Assembly (NCBI GenBank): GCA_028286865.1
Contig: JAQBQU010000017.1
Coordinates: 14,395 to 78,394 of the forward strand
DNA length: 64,000 bases
Reading direction: 5' to 3'
DNA from: Candidatus Kaiserbacteria bacterium
GTDB lineage: Bacteria > Patescibacteriota > Minisyncoccia > Phycocordibacterales > UBA2100
Position numbers and translations under genes: made by a program. Below are positions 50,846-60,823 of the stretch, piece by piece. Under the pieces are notes generated by a model. That model made no database searches. It saw nothing but the letters and a program-made list of their open reading frames with translations, and had not been told where the DNA came from. Numbering within the stretch: position 1 is the stretch's first letter; each line of letters opens with the position of its first letter.

Positions 50846-51162
50846 CACTAGCTACGGATTTCTCTATAACGCCAGGTCCTCGATCTATAGTCGAGGGCCC
50901 GTTTTCAGGTGAAAAGTTTAGAGATGAAATTCTCGCGCCTAGATTTTTAGCTGCTCTCGAAAATGGCGGTACCCTTACAGTTAATTTGGATGGTGCGGTT
51001 GGATATGGGACAAGCTTTCTTGAGGAAGCTTTCGGTGGACTCGCGAGACTCTATGGCATCCAGGAGGTTAAGCAAACTATCCGAATAATTTCTAACGAGG
51101 AACCGTATCTAAAGGATGACGTCATGCAATATATAGACGAAGCAAATGACCAAGTTAAATAA
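50827..51162 (+). CDS. STAS-like domain protein (DUF4325-type)
   Basis: DFS.TPGPR....GPFSGEKFR...L.VNLDG..GYGTSFLEEAFGGL. Confidence 0.85.
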   Translation: MDNNLITLATDFSITPGPRSIVEGPFSGEKFRDEILAPRFLAALENGGTLTVNLDGAVGYGTSFLEEAFGGLARLYGIQEVKQTIRIISNEEPYLKDDVMQYIDEANDQVK

Positions 51163-51772
51163 AACTTACTTTCCGATTGCACTTATAATCTTGCTCGTCG
51201 GGACACTTCTTGGTTTTTGTGCCTACGCGTATTCTGAAAATTACTTATTTATCGATTATCAAAAAGGGTTGCAATTGTCACTCGATCCAATCGAGATTTT
51301 TTCTATAGCGATCAATATATTGCTCGCTGTATGGATACTGCGAAAATTGAGTCGGGACGATGATAGTGAAAAGGTTGAGCGTGATTTGATAATCCGCTAC
51401 TTCGAAGACTTCGATAAAGACTTAATGCGGGCGGTAAGAAAGTCTTCTCAAAATGGTGTTAAGTATGCGTTTGTCGTAGCTGCTCTCAAGGAGCTGAGAA
51501 TTCGTCTGTTAAGACTTTTATCTCTTGCGATTGAGCAGGGATTTATAACTAATGATTCTGTATGTACGATAGCGCTCCCGGAGCACTTAAAAGGCCTTAG
51601 AAAGCTTTTGACTACGACTCCGCGAAAAGGGGCCGTAGAGGATGGGATCAGAGTTGAGGAAGGAAAGCTGTATTTTTCGGATGAGCATATAAATAAAATA
51701 AATGCAGCAATGTTCGAGACAAACAATGGAGTTTTCCGACTTCTGGTCGAAGTTACGCGTGCTCGACGGTAG
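51146..51772 (+). CDS. 2-TM membrane protein, third gene of the AT-rich module
   Basis: Overlaps upstream gene by 17 nt; two N-terminal TMs plus helical soluble domain. Confidence 0.75.
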   Translation: MTKLNKTYFPIALIILLVGTLLGFCAYAYSENYLFIDYQKGLQLSLDPIEIFSIAINILLAVWILRKLSRDDDSEKVERDLIIRYFEDFDKDLMRAVRKSSQNGVKYAFVVAALKELRIRLLRLLSLAIEQGFITNDSVCTIALPEHLKGLRKLLTTTPRKGAVEDGIRVEEGKLYFSDEHINKINAAMFETNNGVFRLLVEVTRARR

Positions 51773-52445
51773 CATTCAATCTTTTTTAATCCTATTAATC
51801 AGATTGGGTCAACGCGGACCATTGATACGGTCCGCAGATATAAGCCAAAAAAGGGGAGAGTAAGTCCCCTGAATATTGTAATGAATTTCCTTCCGCATAA
51901 AAAATTTAGCCGCCAGAAAATAAAGAAATCCTACGTCGCACACGCATTCAACAACACGGTGCCTTTAACGAATCTCATCTCCAATCAGTATCCACCTAGA
52001 GGGAAGAGGGCTTTGTTATTTACTTACAGCGTCGCACAATATATCTTTTGCGACACGTAGGCCCAGGCAATAAGGCCGGAATGGCTTGAGCCGGACTTTG
52101 TATCGAATTGGATTCCGCATGTATGTCTCAGTCCGTTTAAATCCCGCTCACACTCCCCTCTAGATCTCTATAAATATATTCTATAAATATATTCTGTCCT
52201 GGATCCCCTGATACTGATATCAACTTTTACTCAAAAAAAGGTCTTTTTGCCAAACCGCCGTGTCCCCCGTTTTTCCGAAATTTCCGGGGGACTCGGATGC
52301 CCGATAATTGCCATTTATATATTTCTGAATAAAACGACTCATTTAAATCGCTCAGGAGCTTTGGCAACGCGTTCGAGTCGATACTTGGTACGGCTCGTTT
52401 AAAGAAAAAGACCCGTTGTCCGGGTCGTTTGTCTTTTCGGAGCAT

Positions 52446-52661
52446 TTATTCGTCCTCGAGCGAATCAAACTTCACTTTGAACTCGCTCATCCACTTATCG
52501 TTCACGTCTTTCGGATTGTTCATAATATTCTTCGCTTGCTCCGGATGCGCTTCCTGAAGATGCTTCCAGCCGGTGTCGATCATGCCTTCGGCCGTCGGTG
52601 CCATAAGAACGACCTTACAATCTGCCGGTCCGCCCATGTTCGAACAAAGTATCTGCTTCAT
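52446..52661 (-). CDS. Small metal-binding protein (DUF1059-like)
   Basis: MK...C..MGG..DC.......T.E.M.....KHL..AH. Confidence 0.7.
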   Translation of the reverse strand: MKQILCSNMGGPADCKVVLMAPTAEGMIDTGWKHLQEAHPEQAKNIMNNPKDVNDKWMSEFKVKFDSLEDE

Positions 52662-52756
52662 AGATATGGTGTTACGGATAAGTCCTCAAATCGTATCACG
52701 AGCGCGCTTGATGAAGAATGTGCTTTACGGCCAATAGAATGGCGCTACAGTAATGG

Positions 52757-53168
52757 TGTCAGGGCCGTCACGAAAGACTCCATTCCGGAGTCATACCGAA
52801 TGTGGCGTTTTCCTGGCCCTCCCATACGCCGGCTGTCGGTCGCGGGAGGTTTCTATTTCGGGTATACTCGGCAGATCCTGGCAGCGTAGCGTTTTGCCCG
52901 GACGTCGACCGTTGTCGACATGTTCGTTGCGTAGTGTTGTAGCGTAGTTCGGTTGTTCTGCGTGAGCGGGGCCCGATGCAAAAGCGATCTGTGGATCGTC
53001 TGGAGCATCGGGTCCTTCACTTTGACCGTTTTTCCTACTGTATACTACGAGCAGCCAAAGCCGATATTGGGGCATTACGTCCCGCTATCGGCATCAGCTC
53101 TTTCGATCGCCCGAAGCCTCTTTACTGATCACTTTGTGATCATCAAAAGAGGCTCTCGGGCCTTCTTT
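52757..53168 (+). ncRNA. Candidate large structured non-coding RNA (unassigned)
   Basis: Dense consecutive stems with G-U pairs on the + strand, promoter-like start, long terminator-like hairpin; no convincing ORF. Confidence 0.45.
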
Positions 53169-53190
53169 GTATAACTGGTATTGTGTCTCT

Positions 53191-53823
53191 ATGTATAAAG
53201 ATAAGATAAAAGCCGCTCTGACTCCCCTCGAGCGGAAACTTTTTACGAAGCTCAGTACGCCGCAGAAGATCCAGGACTATCTCGATTCCCTTCCTATTAA
53301 TTTTGAAACTGCGGGAGAGACGTATATGTCACCGCGACGTACGATCGCGACGAAGACCGCGCATTGCTTCGAAGGTGCTTTACTTGCGGGAGCTGTACTT
53401 GCATATCATGGCGCCAAGCCGCTGCTGCTCGACTTGAAGACCGCGCCGAATGACCAGGACCATGTAGTGGCCCTCTTCAGGCAGAACGGCTTCTGGGGCG
53501 CCATCAGCAAGACAAATCATGCGGTCTTGCGCTATCGCGACCCGATATATAAAAGCGTGCGCGAGCTCGCGCTTTCGTACTTCCACGAGTATTTTCTGAA
53601 GTCCGGTAAAAAGACACTTCGCTCGTATTCTGCTCCCTTTGACCTAAGCACGTATAAGCCCGAGGAATGGGTCACGACCGAAGAGGAGCTTTTCGATCTT
53701 GTGCAGGATCTCGATACGAGTCGCCACTTCCCTCTTGTGCCGACTAAAAATCTCAGACTGCTTCGCAAAGCCACGAAGTTCGAAATTGATACCGTCGAGG
53801 CCCGCGAATGGCCCGAGAAATAA
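53191..53823 (+). CDS. Transglutaminase-like hypothetical protein
   Basis: TPQKIQDYL, AHCFEGA, DHVVALF, WGAISKTNH..LRYRDP. Confidence 0.8.
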   Translation: MYKDKIKAALTPLERKLFTKLSTPQKIQDYLDSLPINFETAGETYMSPRRTIATKTAHCFEGALLAGAVLAYHGAKPLLLDLKTAPNDQDHVVALFRQNGFWGAISKTNHAVLRYRDPIYKSVRELALSYFHEYFLKSGKKTLRSYSAPFDLSTYKPEEWVTTEEELFDLVQDLDTSRHFPLVPTKNLRLLRKATKFEIDTVEAREWPEK

Positions 53824-53832
53824 ATTGAAAGC

Positions 53833-55107
53833 CTAGAGCGCCGGCAGATACAAGAGCGGATTCACGTAGCCGTTGAACGGAGATACCGGCACACGCACCG
53901 TGCCGCCGCTATTGCACTTGTAGTTGATGAAGCTCACGCTCGAGGAGTTGTAGACGGTGAAGTGAAGGTGCGGCCCGGTCGCGTAACCGGTCTCTCCGCT
54001 ATAAGCAAGCAGGTCGCCGGTGCCGACGCTCTGCCCGGCGGAAACCTTGATCGATGAAAGGTGCGCGTAAAGGGTAGAAAGTCCGTCGGCGTGCTTCACC
54101 AATACCCACTTACCATACTGACAATTCGGAGAGGTTCCCAGATTGATCTCTTGTACCGTGCCGGAGAGCGCTGCGTGGACCGGCGTCCCGATGGCGGCAC
54201 CGAGGTCGATGCCGTTGTGACCGTTGCCCTTATACGCTGCCGTGCGTGAGAACTCCGTGTCGCCGAAGTACTGTGTGATTCGTACCGAATCAAGCGGCCA
54301 GCTTAGTACACTCGTCCCGGCGATCGGAATCGTGGTGTTGTCCGCTGCCTTAAGCTTCGACTGCAGCTGGCGGAGCGTCTCTTCGAAGCTCGCTTCCTGC
54401 GCCTTTTTCTGCGCGAGGATCGATTGATAGGTCGCTTCCTGCGACTTTGTCTGCGTGAGGAGTGTCGCCTGTGCGGTGCGGGTCACAGCCAGAGAGCCCT
54501 GCTGGGTCGTCAGCGTTTGCTGCTGCTTCAGAAGATCGGCAGCCTTCTGCTCCGCGGTCTTTTTCGAATCGCTCAGCGACTGCGCCTCCTGATTGAGTGT
54601 TTGAATATCCCCGCGTACAGATTCCTGAAGCGTCGCGGTGTTGTCGAGGTCCTGCCATGCCTGCGAAATGTTACTCGCGGAAAGTACTTTGAGCGAAAGC
54701 GGTACTTTTTCGGTCTGGTAGAGCGTGCGAAGCGATTCCGCGAGCCCGGCACGGTCGGTCTCGATCGTGCTTTGTTTGATGGCGATCGAGCCGGAAAGCT
54801 GCCGGATCTGCAGTTGGGTGGTGTTGATCTGTTTTTGGGTCACGGTGATCGAGGCCTGGAGCTTGTTCTTCTGCAGGTCGAGGGCCTTTATCTTATTGGT
54901 CAGTGTGTTTTTCTGCGCGGTCGTCGTGTTGAGCTGTGCCTGGTACTGTGCGATCTCTTTGTTGATGGCGTCGATCTGTGCGCTGTTGGTGTCTATCTGC
55001 GCCTGAAGGTCGGAGACGCTTTGTGAGTGCGCGGTGCGCGGCGTCGCAAGCGGCAGAACGAGAAAGAGGCACGCAAGTGCCAGTGTGAATACATATTTCT
55101 CTCTCAT
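53833..55107 (-). CDS. M23 peptidase with coiled coil (EnvC/CwlO-like)
   Basis: Signal peptide, Gln-rich coiled coil, HNGID, YAHL, TGPHLHF. Confidence 0.92.
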   Translation of the reverse strand: MREKYVFTLALACLFLVLPLATPRTAHSQSVSDLQAQIDTNSAQIDAINKEIAQYQAQLNTTTAQKNTLTNKIKALDLQKNKLQASITVTQKQINTTQLQIRQLSGSIAIKQSTIETDRAGLAESLRTLYQTEKVPLSLKVLSASNISQAWQDLDNTATLQESVRGDIQTLNQEAQSLSDSKKTAEQKAADLLKQQQTLTTQQGSLAVTRTAQATLLTQTKSQEATYQSILAQKKAQEASFEETLRQLQSKLKAADNTTIPIAGTSVLSWPLDSVRITQYFGDTEFSRTAAYKGNGHNGIDLGAAIGTPVHAALSGTVQEINLGTSPNCQYGKWVLVKHADGLSTLYAHLSSIKVSAGQSVGTGDLLAYSGETGYATGPHLHFTVYNSSSVSFINYKCNSGGTVRVPVSPFNGYVNPLLYLPAL

Positions 55108-56453
55108 ATAAGGAGTTGTCGTGCTGCGTCGAGGCGGCGAAGCGTGGCATCGCGGCCTATGATAGAGGCGATCGTGAAGGGGTCGGGAGAGCGCGCGAGG
55201 CCCGAAAGAGAAAAGCGCATCGGCCACAATACGGCCCCGCGACCTTGCTCTGTTGCGTATTCCCACACAGTATCTTTGAGACGTTCGGGGGTGTCGAATA
55301 TTTCTGCGGAAGCGCCGATATATAGTTCATGAAGCTTTGCCAGATGCGTAGCCGCCGCCGCCTTCGTGTTGCCTTTGCCGGGTATTTCTTCTGCCGCGGG
55401 CGTCGGATCTTTGAAGAAAAGATCGTATTCCCCGGCCGCTAGCTGCTCGCTCAGATCGCTCCATACGCTCACGCGCTCCTTTATGACGGGAAGAAGCTTT
55501 GTCGCCATACCCTGATCCCAGGTGAGTCCCCTCCCCTGCATGCCCTCCTCCATAATGGGAAGCACTGCCGCGGCAAATTCATCGTCGGTAAGTTTGAGAA
55601 TATATTCGCGGTTGAACCAGCGGAGCTTCTCCATATCGAAGACCGCGCCGCTTTTGTGAACGTCTCTGATATCGAACGCTTCGATCATCTCCGTGAGTGA
55701 GAGAAGCTCTTTGCCGGAAGGTGCCGTCCACCCGAGCACCGCGATGTAATTGAGGAGTGCCTGGGGCAAAAAACCTTTCTCCCGATAACTTTTTACCGCG
55801 ACGTCTCCGGTGCGCTTTGAGAGCTTCGAGCGGTCGGCACCGAGATGGAGCGGATAGTGCGCATACTGAGGACGCGGATAGCCGAGTGCCTCCTGAATGA
55901 GTATCTGACGCGGAGTATTTGAAATGTGATCCTCGCCGCGTATCACATGCGTGATGCCGTGCGACGCATCATCGACGACGACCGCCAGATGATAGAGGGG
56001 GTCGTCAATGGCACGACCGATGGCAAAATCACCGAGCTCGGTCGTATCAAACGTGATCTCGCCGCGGATGAGGTCGGTGAAGGTAATGGCCGTGCCGGGA
56101 TTGCGCAGTCGCACCACCTGGACCATGGTGCCCGGCTCCTTTTTGCTCTCTTCCTCAGAGACACATGCTTTATCTTCCGCGACCAATTTTTGCATCGCGT
56201 CGGTATGAGTCGATACCAGATCGGTGGTTCGATAGAACTCGTCCCACGAAAGCCCCAGCCACTGAAGCTGCTCTTTGATATCTTCCTCAAATTCCGGACG
56301 ACTACGTGCTTTGTCGGTATCTTCGCTGCGAAACACGATAGTCCCGCCGTTCTTCTTTGCAAAAAGATAATTCAATATGGCCATGCGCGCGGTACCCACA
56401 TGGCAAAAACCGGTCGGGCTCGGCGGGAATCGTACTTTAATAGGAGAATCCAT
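55104..56453 (-). CDS. gltX: Glutamate--tRNA ligase
   Basis: RFPPSPTG..HVG, RSEDTD, VVDD...ITHVIRGEDH, KLSKR. Confidence 0.95.
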   Translation of the reverse strand: MDSPIKVRFPPSPTGFCHVGTARMAILNYLFAKKNGGTIVFRSEDTDKARSRPEFEEDIKEQLQWLGLSWDEFYRTTDLVSTHTDAMQKLVAEDKACVSEEESKKEPGTMVQVVRLRNPGTAITFTDLIRGEITFDTTELGDFAIGRAIDDPLYHLAVVVDDASHGITHVIRGEDHISNTPRQILIQEALGYPRPQYAHYPLHLGADRSKLSKRTGDVAVKSYREKGFLPQALLNYIAVLGWTAPSGKELLSLTEMIEAFDIRDVHKSGAVFDMEKLRWFNREYILKLTDDEFAAAVLPIMEEGMQGRGLTWDQGMATKLLPVIKERVSVWSDLSEQLAAGEYDLFFKDPTPAAEEIPGKGNTKAAAATHLAKLHELYIGASAEIFDTPERLKDTVWEYATEQGRGAVLWPMRFSLSGLARSPDPFTIASIIGRDATLRRLDAARQLLI

Positions 56454-56457
56454 GGTA

Positions 56458-57600
56458 TTAGAGAGGTTCGTGCTCAAGGCCGGTCTCGACCAGAATAGTG
56501 GCTATCTTTCGGGCGGCATCAGGGCGCGCGAACGCTTGAGCGGCCTTGCTCATTTCTGTGCGGCGAGCCGGGTCATTCACGATACGGTCGATCTCGGCGC
56601 GCAGGATGTGCGGTGCGAGATTGCGCTGCTCGATCACGACCGCGGCACCCGCGCGCGCATAGGAAAACGCGTTCTCGGTCTGATCGTGCGATACATCGAG
56701 CGGGATCGGGACCAGGATAGCAGGGATCCCCCACGACGCGATCTCGAATATCGAGCCGGAGCCCGCGCGCGATACGATGATGGTCGAGATACCGGCCGCC
56801 ATGCGCAGCGCAAGCGCATTGAGAAGACCGAATGCGCGGTAGCGGTCAGCGTGAGCAGAGTTCTTGAGGACGACCTGCGTGATGCCGTTGACCTCCTGAA
56901 AATTGGCGGTGCCCGTCTGGTGGATCACATTGTACGACTCGACCAGGTCGGGCAAGACGTCGATAAGCACCTCGTTGATAGCCCGCGCGCCCTGCGAACC
57001 TCCGATGACGAAGACCGTCGGGACATCCTTGTCGAGTTTGAGAAATTCATGTCCGCCTTCTGATGTGGGCTTGGCGATCTCTTTGCGTATCGGATGTCCG
57101 ACGCGCGCGATGCGGTCGCGCACCTTCGCGGGAAATTGCATCGCAGCCTCGGGGTGTGCCACACCGATAGAACGCGCGAATTTCGACGACCAGAGCGACA
57201 CGCGCCCCGGCTTTGCGTCGGCGTCATAGATAATGCACGGGATGCGCAGTAGCTTTGCTGCGGCGAGGGTCGGAAATGCGGCGAATCCGCCGGTCGAAAA
57301 GACCGCATCCGGATAGAGCGAATAGAGCTGGAGGGTCGAGAGGAATACTCCCCATGCCGTCGCGAAGACCCCGAAGATGTTCCAGATACTGTTGTAGCGG
57401 CGCATGCGGCCGGCGGGGCTTCGGATGAAGCGAATATCGCGCTCCTGCATCGCCTCCATATCGAAGGGTGCCGGGCCGACGTAATACATTTCCGGTTCGA
57501 TGAGTGTCCGCTCAAGAGCGATATCCTGCACCGCCTCAGCCACGGCGATAAGCGGGTAGAAATGTCCTCCCGTGCCACCGCCCGTAAGCGCAATTCGCAT
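56458..57600 (-). CDS. murG: Lipid II GlcNAc transferase
   Basis: TGGGTGGHFYP, GGSQGA, SRAG, HDQ..NA. Confidence 0.96.
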   Translation of the reverse strand: MRIALTGGGTGGHFYPLIAVAEAVQDIALERTLIEPEMYYVGPAPFDMEAMQERDIRFIRSPAGRMRRYNSIWNIFGVFATAWGVFLSTLQLYSLYPDAVFSTGGFAAFPTLAAAKLLRIPCIIYDADAKPGRVSLWSSKFARSIGVAHPEAAMQFPAKVRDRIARVGHPIRKEIAKPTSEGGHEFLKLDKDVPTVFVIGGSQGARAINEVLIDVLPDLVESYNVIHQTGTANFQEVNGITQVVLKNSAHADRYRAFGLLNALALRMAAGISTIIVSRAGSGSIFEIASWGIPAILVPIPLDVSHDQTENAFSYARAGAAVVIEQRNLAPHILRAEIDRIVNDPARRTEMSKAAQAFARPDAARKIATILVETGLEHEPL

Positions 57601-57638
57601 ATCTGCTCATTGTAACCCGTCACGGGCCGTTTGTAACT

Positions 57639-58748
57639 TTAACCCTGGGAATGAGCCCTTCTCTGGCGGGAGATATTGAGGAGGACCCCCGCTGCCGCGA
57701 GCGACGCGAGCATGGCGCTGCCGCCTTGGCTCATGAACGTGAGCGGGATGCCGGTAAGCGGCGCGACACCGAGCATGGCGGCGATATTGATGAATGCCTC
57801 AACGACGAGATAGGTGGATATGCCGATGGCGAGAAGCGAGCCGAACATATCCGGCGAGCGCGTCCCGATAGAATATCCGCGAAGTGCGAATGCGAGGAAC
57901 AGTAAGACGATGCTGACCGTCCCGATGAAGCCCATCTCTTCCCCGGCGACCGCAAAGATGGAGTCTCCCATGGGCTCCGGCAAGTAGGTGAATTTCTGTA
58001 TCCCCTGTCCGAGTCCGCGCCCGGTGAATCCGCCGGAACCGACCGCGATGAGCGATTGCTTGATCTGATACGCCTGCGATTGCTGGCCCTTGGAGGGGTC
58101 GAAGAAGGTCGTGATGCGGTCGCGCACGTAGGGACGCCATGCGGCAAGGATGGTGAGCGCGATGATCCCGATCAGAATTGATGCAAGTATCTGCTTCCAC
58201 GAAGCGCCGGCGGCAAAAAATATCGCTGCGACCGAAAAACATATCACGCCGAGCGTGCCCAGATCGGGCTGCGCAATAAGTATCAATACGGGAGCCGCAA
58301 GGATGGCCGCGAATCCCCCGAAACCGTACTTGAACGATTCCACCTGCTTGCGCATGCTTGAGAAATACGCCGCGGCCATAAGTATCGCGGCAAGCTTGAG
58401 CCCTTCCGACGGTTGGAGCGAAATATGCGCGATCGATATCCAGCGACGTCCGCCGCCGTGAGAGAAGCCGAGATGCGGCACGAATACCGCTGCTGTCCCG
58501 ATAAGTGCTAGTACGAATATGTGTATCGCGTACGGACGCAAAAGCCGGTAGTCAAAGAATGCGAATCCTACCATCGCTACCAGTCCGAGCCCGACTCCGA
58601 GCACGAGGTGATTGAAAACGACCGATGACATATCGGTCGAGCCGCGCGCGAGAAGTCCGAAGGCGGCGGACGCAAAAATAAGGCAGCCGCCGACGACAAG
58701 CAAGGCAATGAGAAGCATCAGTGGCTTGTCGAAGTGTCCGCGCTTCAT
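57639..58748 (-). CDS. ftsW: SEDS peptidoglycan glycosyltransferase FtsW
   Basis: RWI, QPSE, QPDLG, YQ..QS..A.GSGG, LPE...DSIF..GEE.G, P.TG. Confidence 0.93.
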   Translation of the reverse strand: MKRGHFDKPLMLLIALLVVGGCLIFASAAFGLLARGSTDMSSVVFNHLVLGVGLGLVAMVGFAFFDYRLLRPYAIHIFVLALIGTAAVFVPHLGFSHGGGRRWISIAHISLQPSEGLKLAAILMAAAYFSSMRKQVESFKYGFGGFAAILAAPVLILIAQPDLGTLGVICFSVAAIFFAAGASWKQILASILIGIIALTILAAWRPYVRDRITTFFDPSKGQQSQAYQIKQSLIAVGSGGFTGRGLGQGIQKFTYLPEPMGDSIFAVAGEEMGFIGTVSIVLLFLAFALRGYSIGTRSPDMFGSLLAIGISTYLVVEAFINIAAMLGVAPLTGIPLTFMSQGGSAMLASLAAAGVLLNISRQRRAHSQG

Positions 58749-58751
58749 ACC

Positions 58752-59822
58752 CTAGATCGTATAGATAGCGGAAAGCGCCAGAAGGACGCCGGCAAAGGCG
58801 AAAACGACGGAGAGGATCCAGTAGCGCATTACGACCTTGCTCCCCGGCCATCCGATGGCTTCGAAATGGTGATGCAGCGGTGCGATCCGCAGGAGTTTGC
58901 GGCCGAGCACCCGCTTCCAGAACATCTGACCGACATTCGAAAGTACCGTGATCACGAGCAGAATACCGATGATGGGAAGCACGAAGACCCCTACGCCGCC
59001 GCCAAGGTTGTCGGTCATGAAGGCGACGACCGCGAGGGTTAGCGTGAGTCCCATGGTACCGGTATCGCTCATATAGAAGCGCGCGGGCGGGACATTGAAC
59101 CACAAGAAGGCCAGAAGTCCTCCGACGAGCGCGGTGCAGAATGCGGCGAGATCGAATTCCTGGAGTGCAAAGGCGATGACCGCATATGCGCCGAATATCG
59201 ACGCGAATACCCCGCCGGAGAGTCCGTCGATACCATCGATGACTCCGGATGCGTAGAGACAAAGCGAAACGAAGACGAAGAACGGAATAATGTATACGCC
59301 GACATCGAACGGATTCCCGAAGGGTATGTTGATGAGATGCACACCGAGTTTGTCCCAGAACCACCAGCCGATAAGCGATGACACGATGACGACGAATACG
59401 AGGCGCAGGCGAAGCGGAAGTCCCTCAGCGTTCGGTCGGATCATTAAGAGGTCATCGACCAGTCCGATGAAGGCACCCACTAAAAGCGCCGCCAGCGGCA
59501 GCCACGTTTGGCCGCGGCTGAGGAAGTTGAGTCGTGAGAATCCGGTGCTCGGGACCAGTGCCGCGATGAGCGCGATACCCACTATGGTGAGCAGCGTACT
59601 CGCCCAGATGACGATCCCGCCCATGCGCGGCGCGCGCACTTCTTGTACCTGATGAAGCCGATTGAATTCCTGTGCCGCGGTGCCGTCGAGCGCTGTCTTC
59701 CCCGGACGCTTCTTCCATGCCTTATGTATAAAAAGATAATGGGTCACTATCGGGGTGAGCGCGATGCCGATCCAGAAGGATGCGGCTGCCGGAATGATGA
59801 CGCGGGATAGGTCAGAAAACAT
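58752..59822 (-). CDS. mraY: Phospho-MurNAc-pentapeptide transferase
   Basis: PRMGG, GLVDD, DGIDGL, FNVPPARFYMSDTG, APLHHHFE. Confidence 0.95.
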   Translation of the reverse strand: MFSDLSRVIIPAAASFWIGIALTPIVTHYLFIHKAWKKRPGKTALDGTAAQEFNRLHQVQEVRAPRMGGIVIWASTLLTIVGIALIAALVPSTGFSRLNFLSRGQTWLPLAALLVGAFIGLVDDLLMIRPNAEGLPLRLRLVFVVIVSSLIGWWFWDKLGVHLINIPFGNPFDVGVYIIPFFVFVSLCLYASGVIDGIDGLSGGVFASIFGAYAVIAFALQEFDLAAFCTALVGGLLAFLWFNVPPARFYMSDTGTMGLTLTLAVVAFMTDNLGGGVGVFVLPIIGILLVITVLSNVGQMFWKRVLGRKLLRIAPLHHHFEAIGWPGSKVVMRYWILSVVFAFAGVLLALSAIYTI

Positions 59823-59839
59823 ATATTGACAATTGTACG

Positions 59840-60823
59840 CTATTCTTGGGCAACCGCCTTGCGCGCTGCCGTAACGATGCGCTTCATATCGCTGAACCGG
59901 CCCTCTTGCGTCGAGCCCAGGACGACCGCGACGACCGGGTGCGATAGTCCCACATCAAAAACGACCGTGAGATTGCCTCCCGCCAGGTCAGTAAAACCGG
60001 TCTTACCCATGATGAGTCCCGGAATGGCACCCAATGCTTCGTTGGTGTTATACGCGGAAGCCTTGGTACCGTCGGCGCCCGTGAGCAAGAGCCCGTCGCG
60101 CGTCGTACCGGAGAATGTTGCGGGAGTGGTGGATGCCGCGTACGCAAAAAGTGTGGCTACTTCGCGGGCGGTCGCATAGGCGCCCGATCTACCGGCCGCG
60201 ACATCCAGGTCGAGCCCGCTGTCGTTGAGGAAATACATATGTGTGAGGCCCAGTGAGTGCGAGAGGTCGTTCATGCGCCATATCGCGGCCGATCCCTCGG
60301 TCGCCTGCGGGTATTTGGCGCGCACGGCGTCCTCGACGGCTGCCGCAAGGATGTCGGCACCTTGATTCGATGATGCGGTGAGCGTGAAGCTTAAGACATC
60401 GCCAATGCGCCAATGGTCTCCTTGTGCGAGCCGCTCGGCGCTTCCCGGCGGCGCAGTATCGTATGGGATGGTGATCACGGTGTCCGGTGAAGCGACCTCA
60501 GCGACAACAAGTGCCAAGGCGACCTTGGTGAGCGACGCAAGCGGCAGCTGCTCTTCGGCGTTGCGTCTGAAGAGCACCTTGCCGGTCACAAGGTCCTGCA
60601 CGTAGACGCTCTTGGCCTCGAGTAATATCCCGTTGAACGCGTCGATCTTCTGGACCTCTTCTGCGGGCACAACGACCGGTTCGGGACGCGTTCCCATATA
60701 CGTAAGCACGAGTGCAAAGGCGCAGAGGCCGGTCAATATCAGTGCGGCAATACCGACAACGTGCGGTGAGCGCGCAATTATTGAAATTATATTATGGCGA
60801 GAGGGGTTCGGATGTTGAGGCAT
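59840..60823 (-). CDS. D-alanyl-D-alanine carboxypeptidase (S11)
   Basis: PLASLTK, SSN, GKTG. Confidence 0.9.
   Translation of the reverse strand: MPQHPNPSRHNIISIIARSPHVVGIAALILTGLCAFALVLTYMGTRPEPVVVPAEEVQKIDAFNGILLEAKSVYVQDLVTGKVLFRRNAEEQLPLASLTKVALALVVAEVASPDTVITIPYDTAPPGSAERLAQGDHWRIGDVLSFTLTASSNQGADILAAAVEDAVRAKYPQATEGSAAIWRMNDLSHSLGLTHMYFLNDSGLDLDVAAGRSGAYATAREVATLFAYAASTTPATFSGTTRDGLLLTGADGTKASAYNTNEALGAIPGLIMGKTGFTDLAGGNLTVVFDVGLSHPVVAVVLGSTQEGRFSDMKRIVTAARKAVAQE

Noticed and set aside
51881-52060. 59-aa ORF in the island tail
   Set aside because: No recognisable motif or convincing expression signals
52757-53168. tmRNA, RNase P RNA or SRP RNA
   Set aside because: No tRNA-like ends or tag frame, no GAGGAAAGTCC P4 motif, no SRP domain IV motif found on either strand
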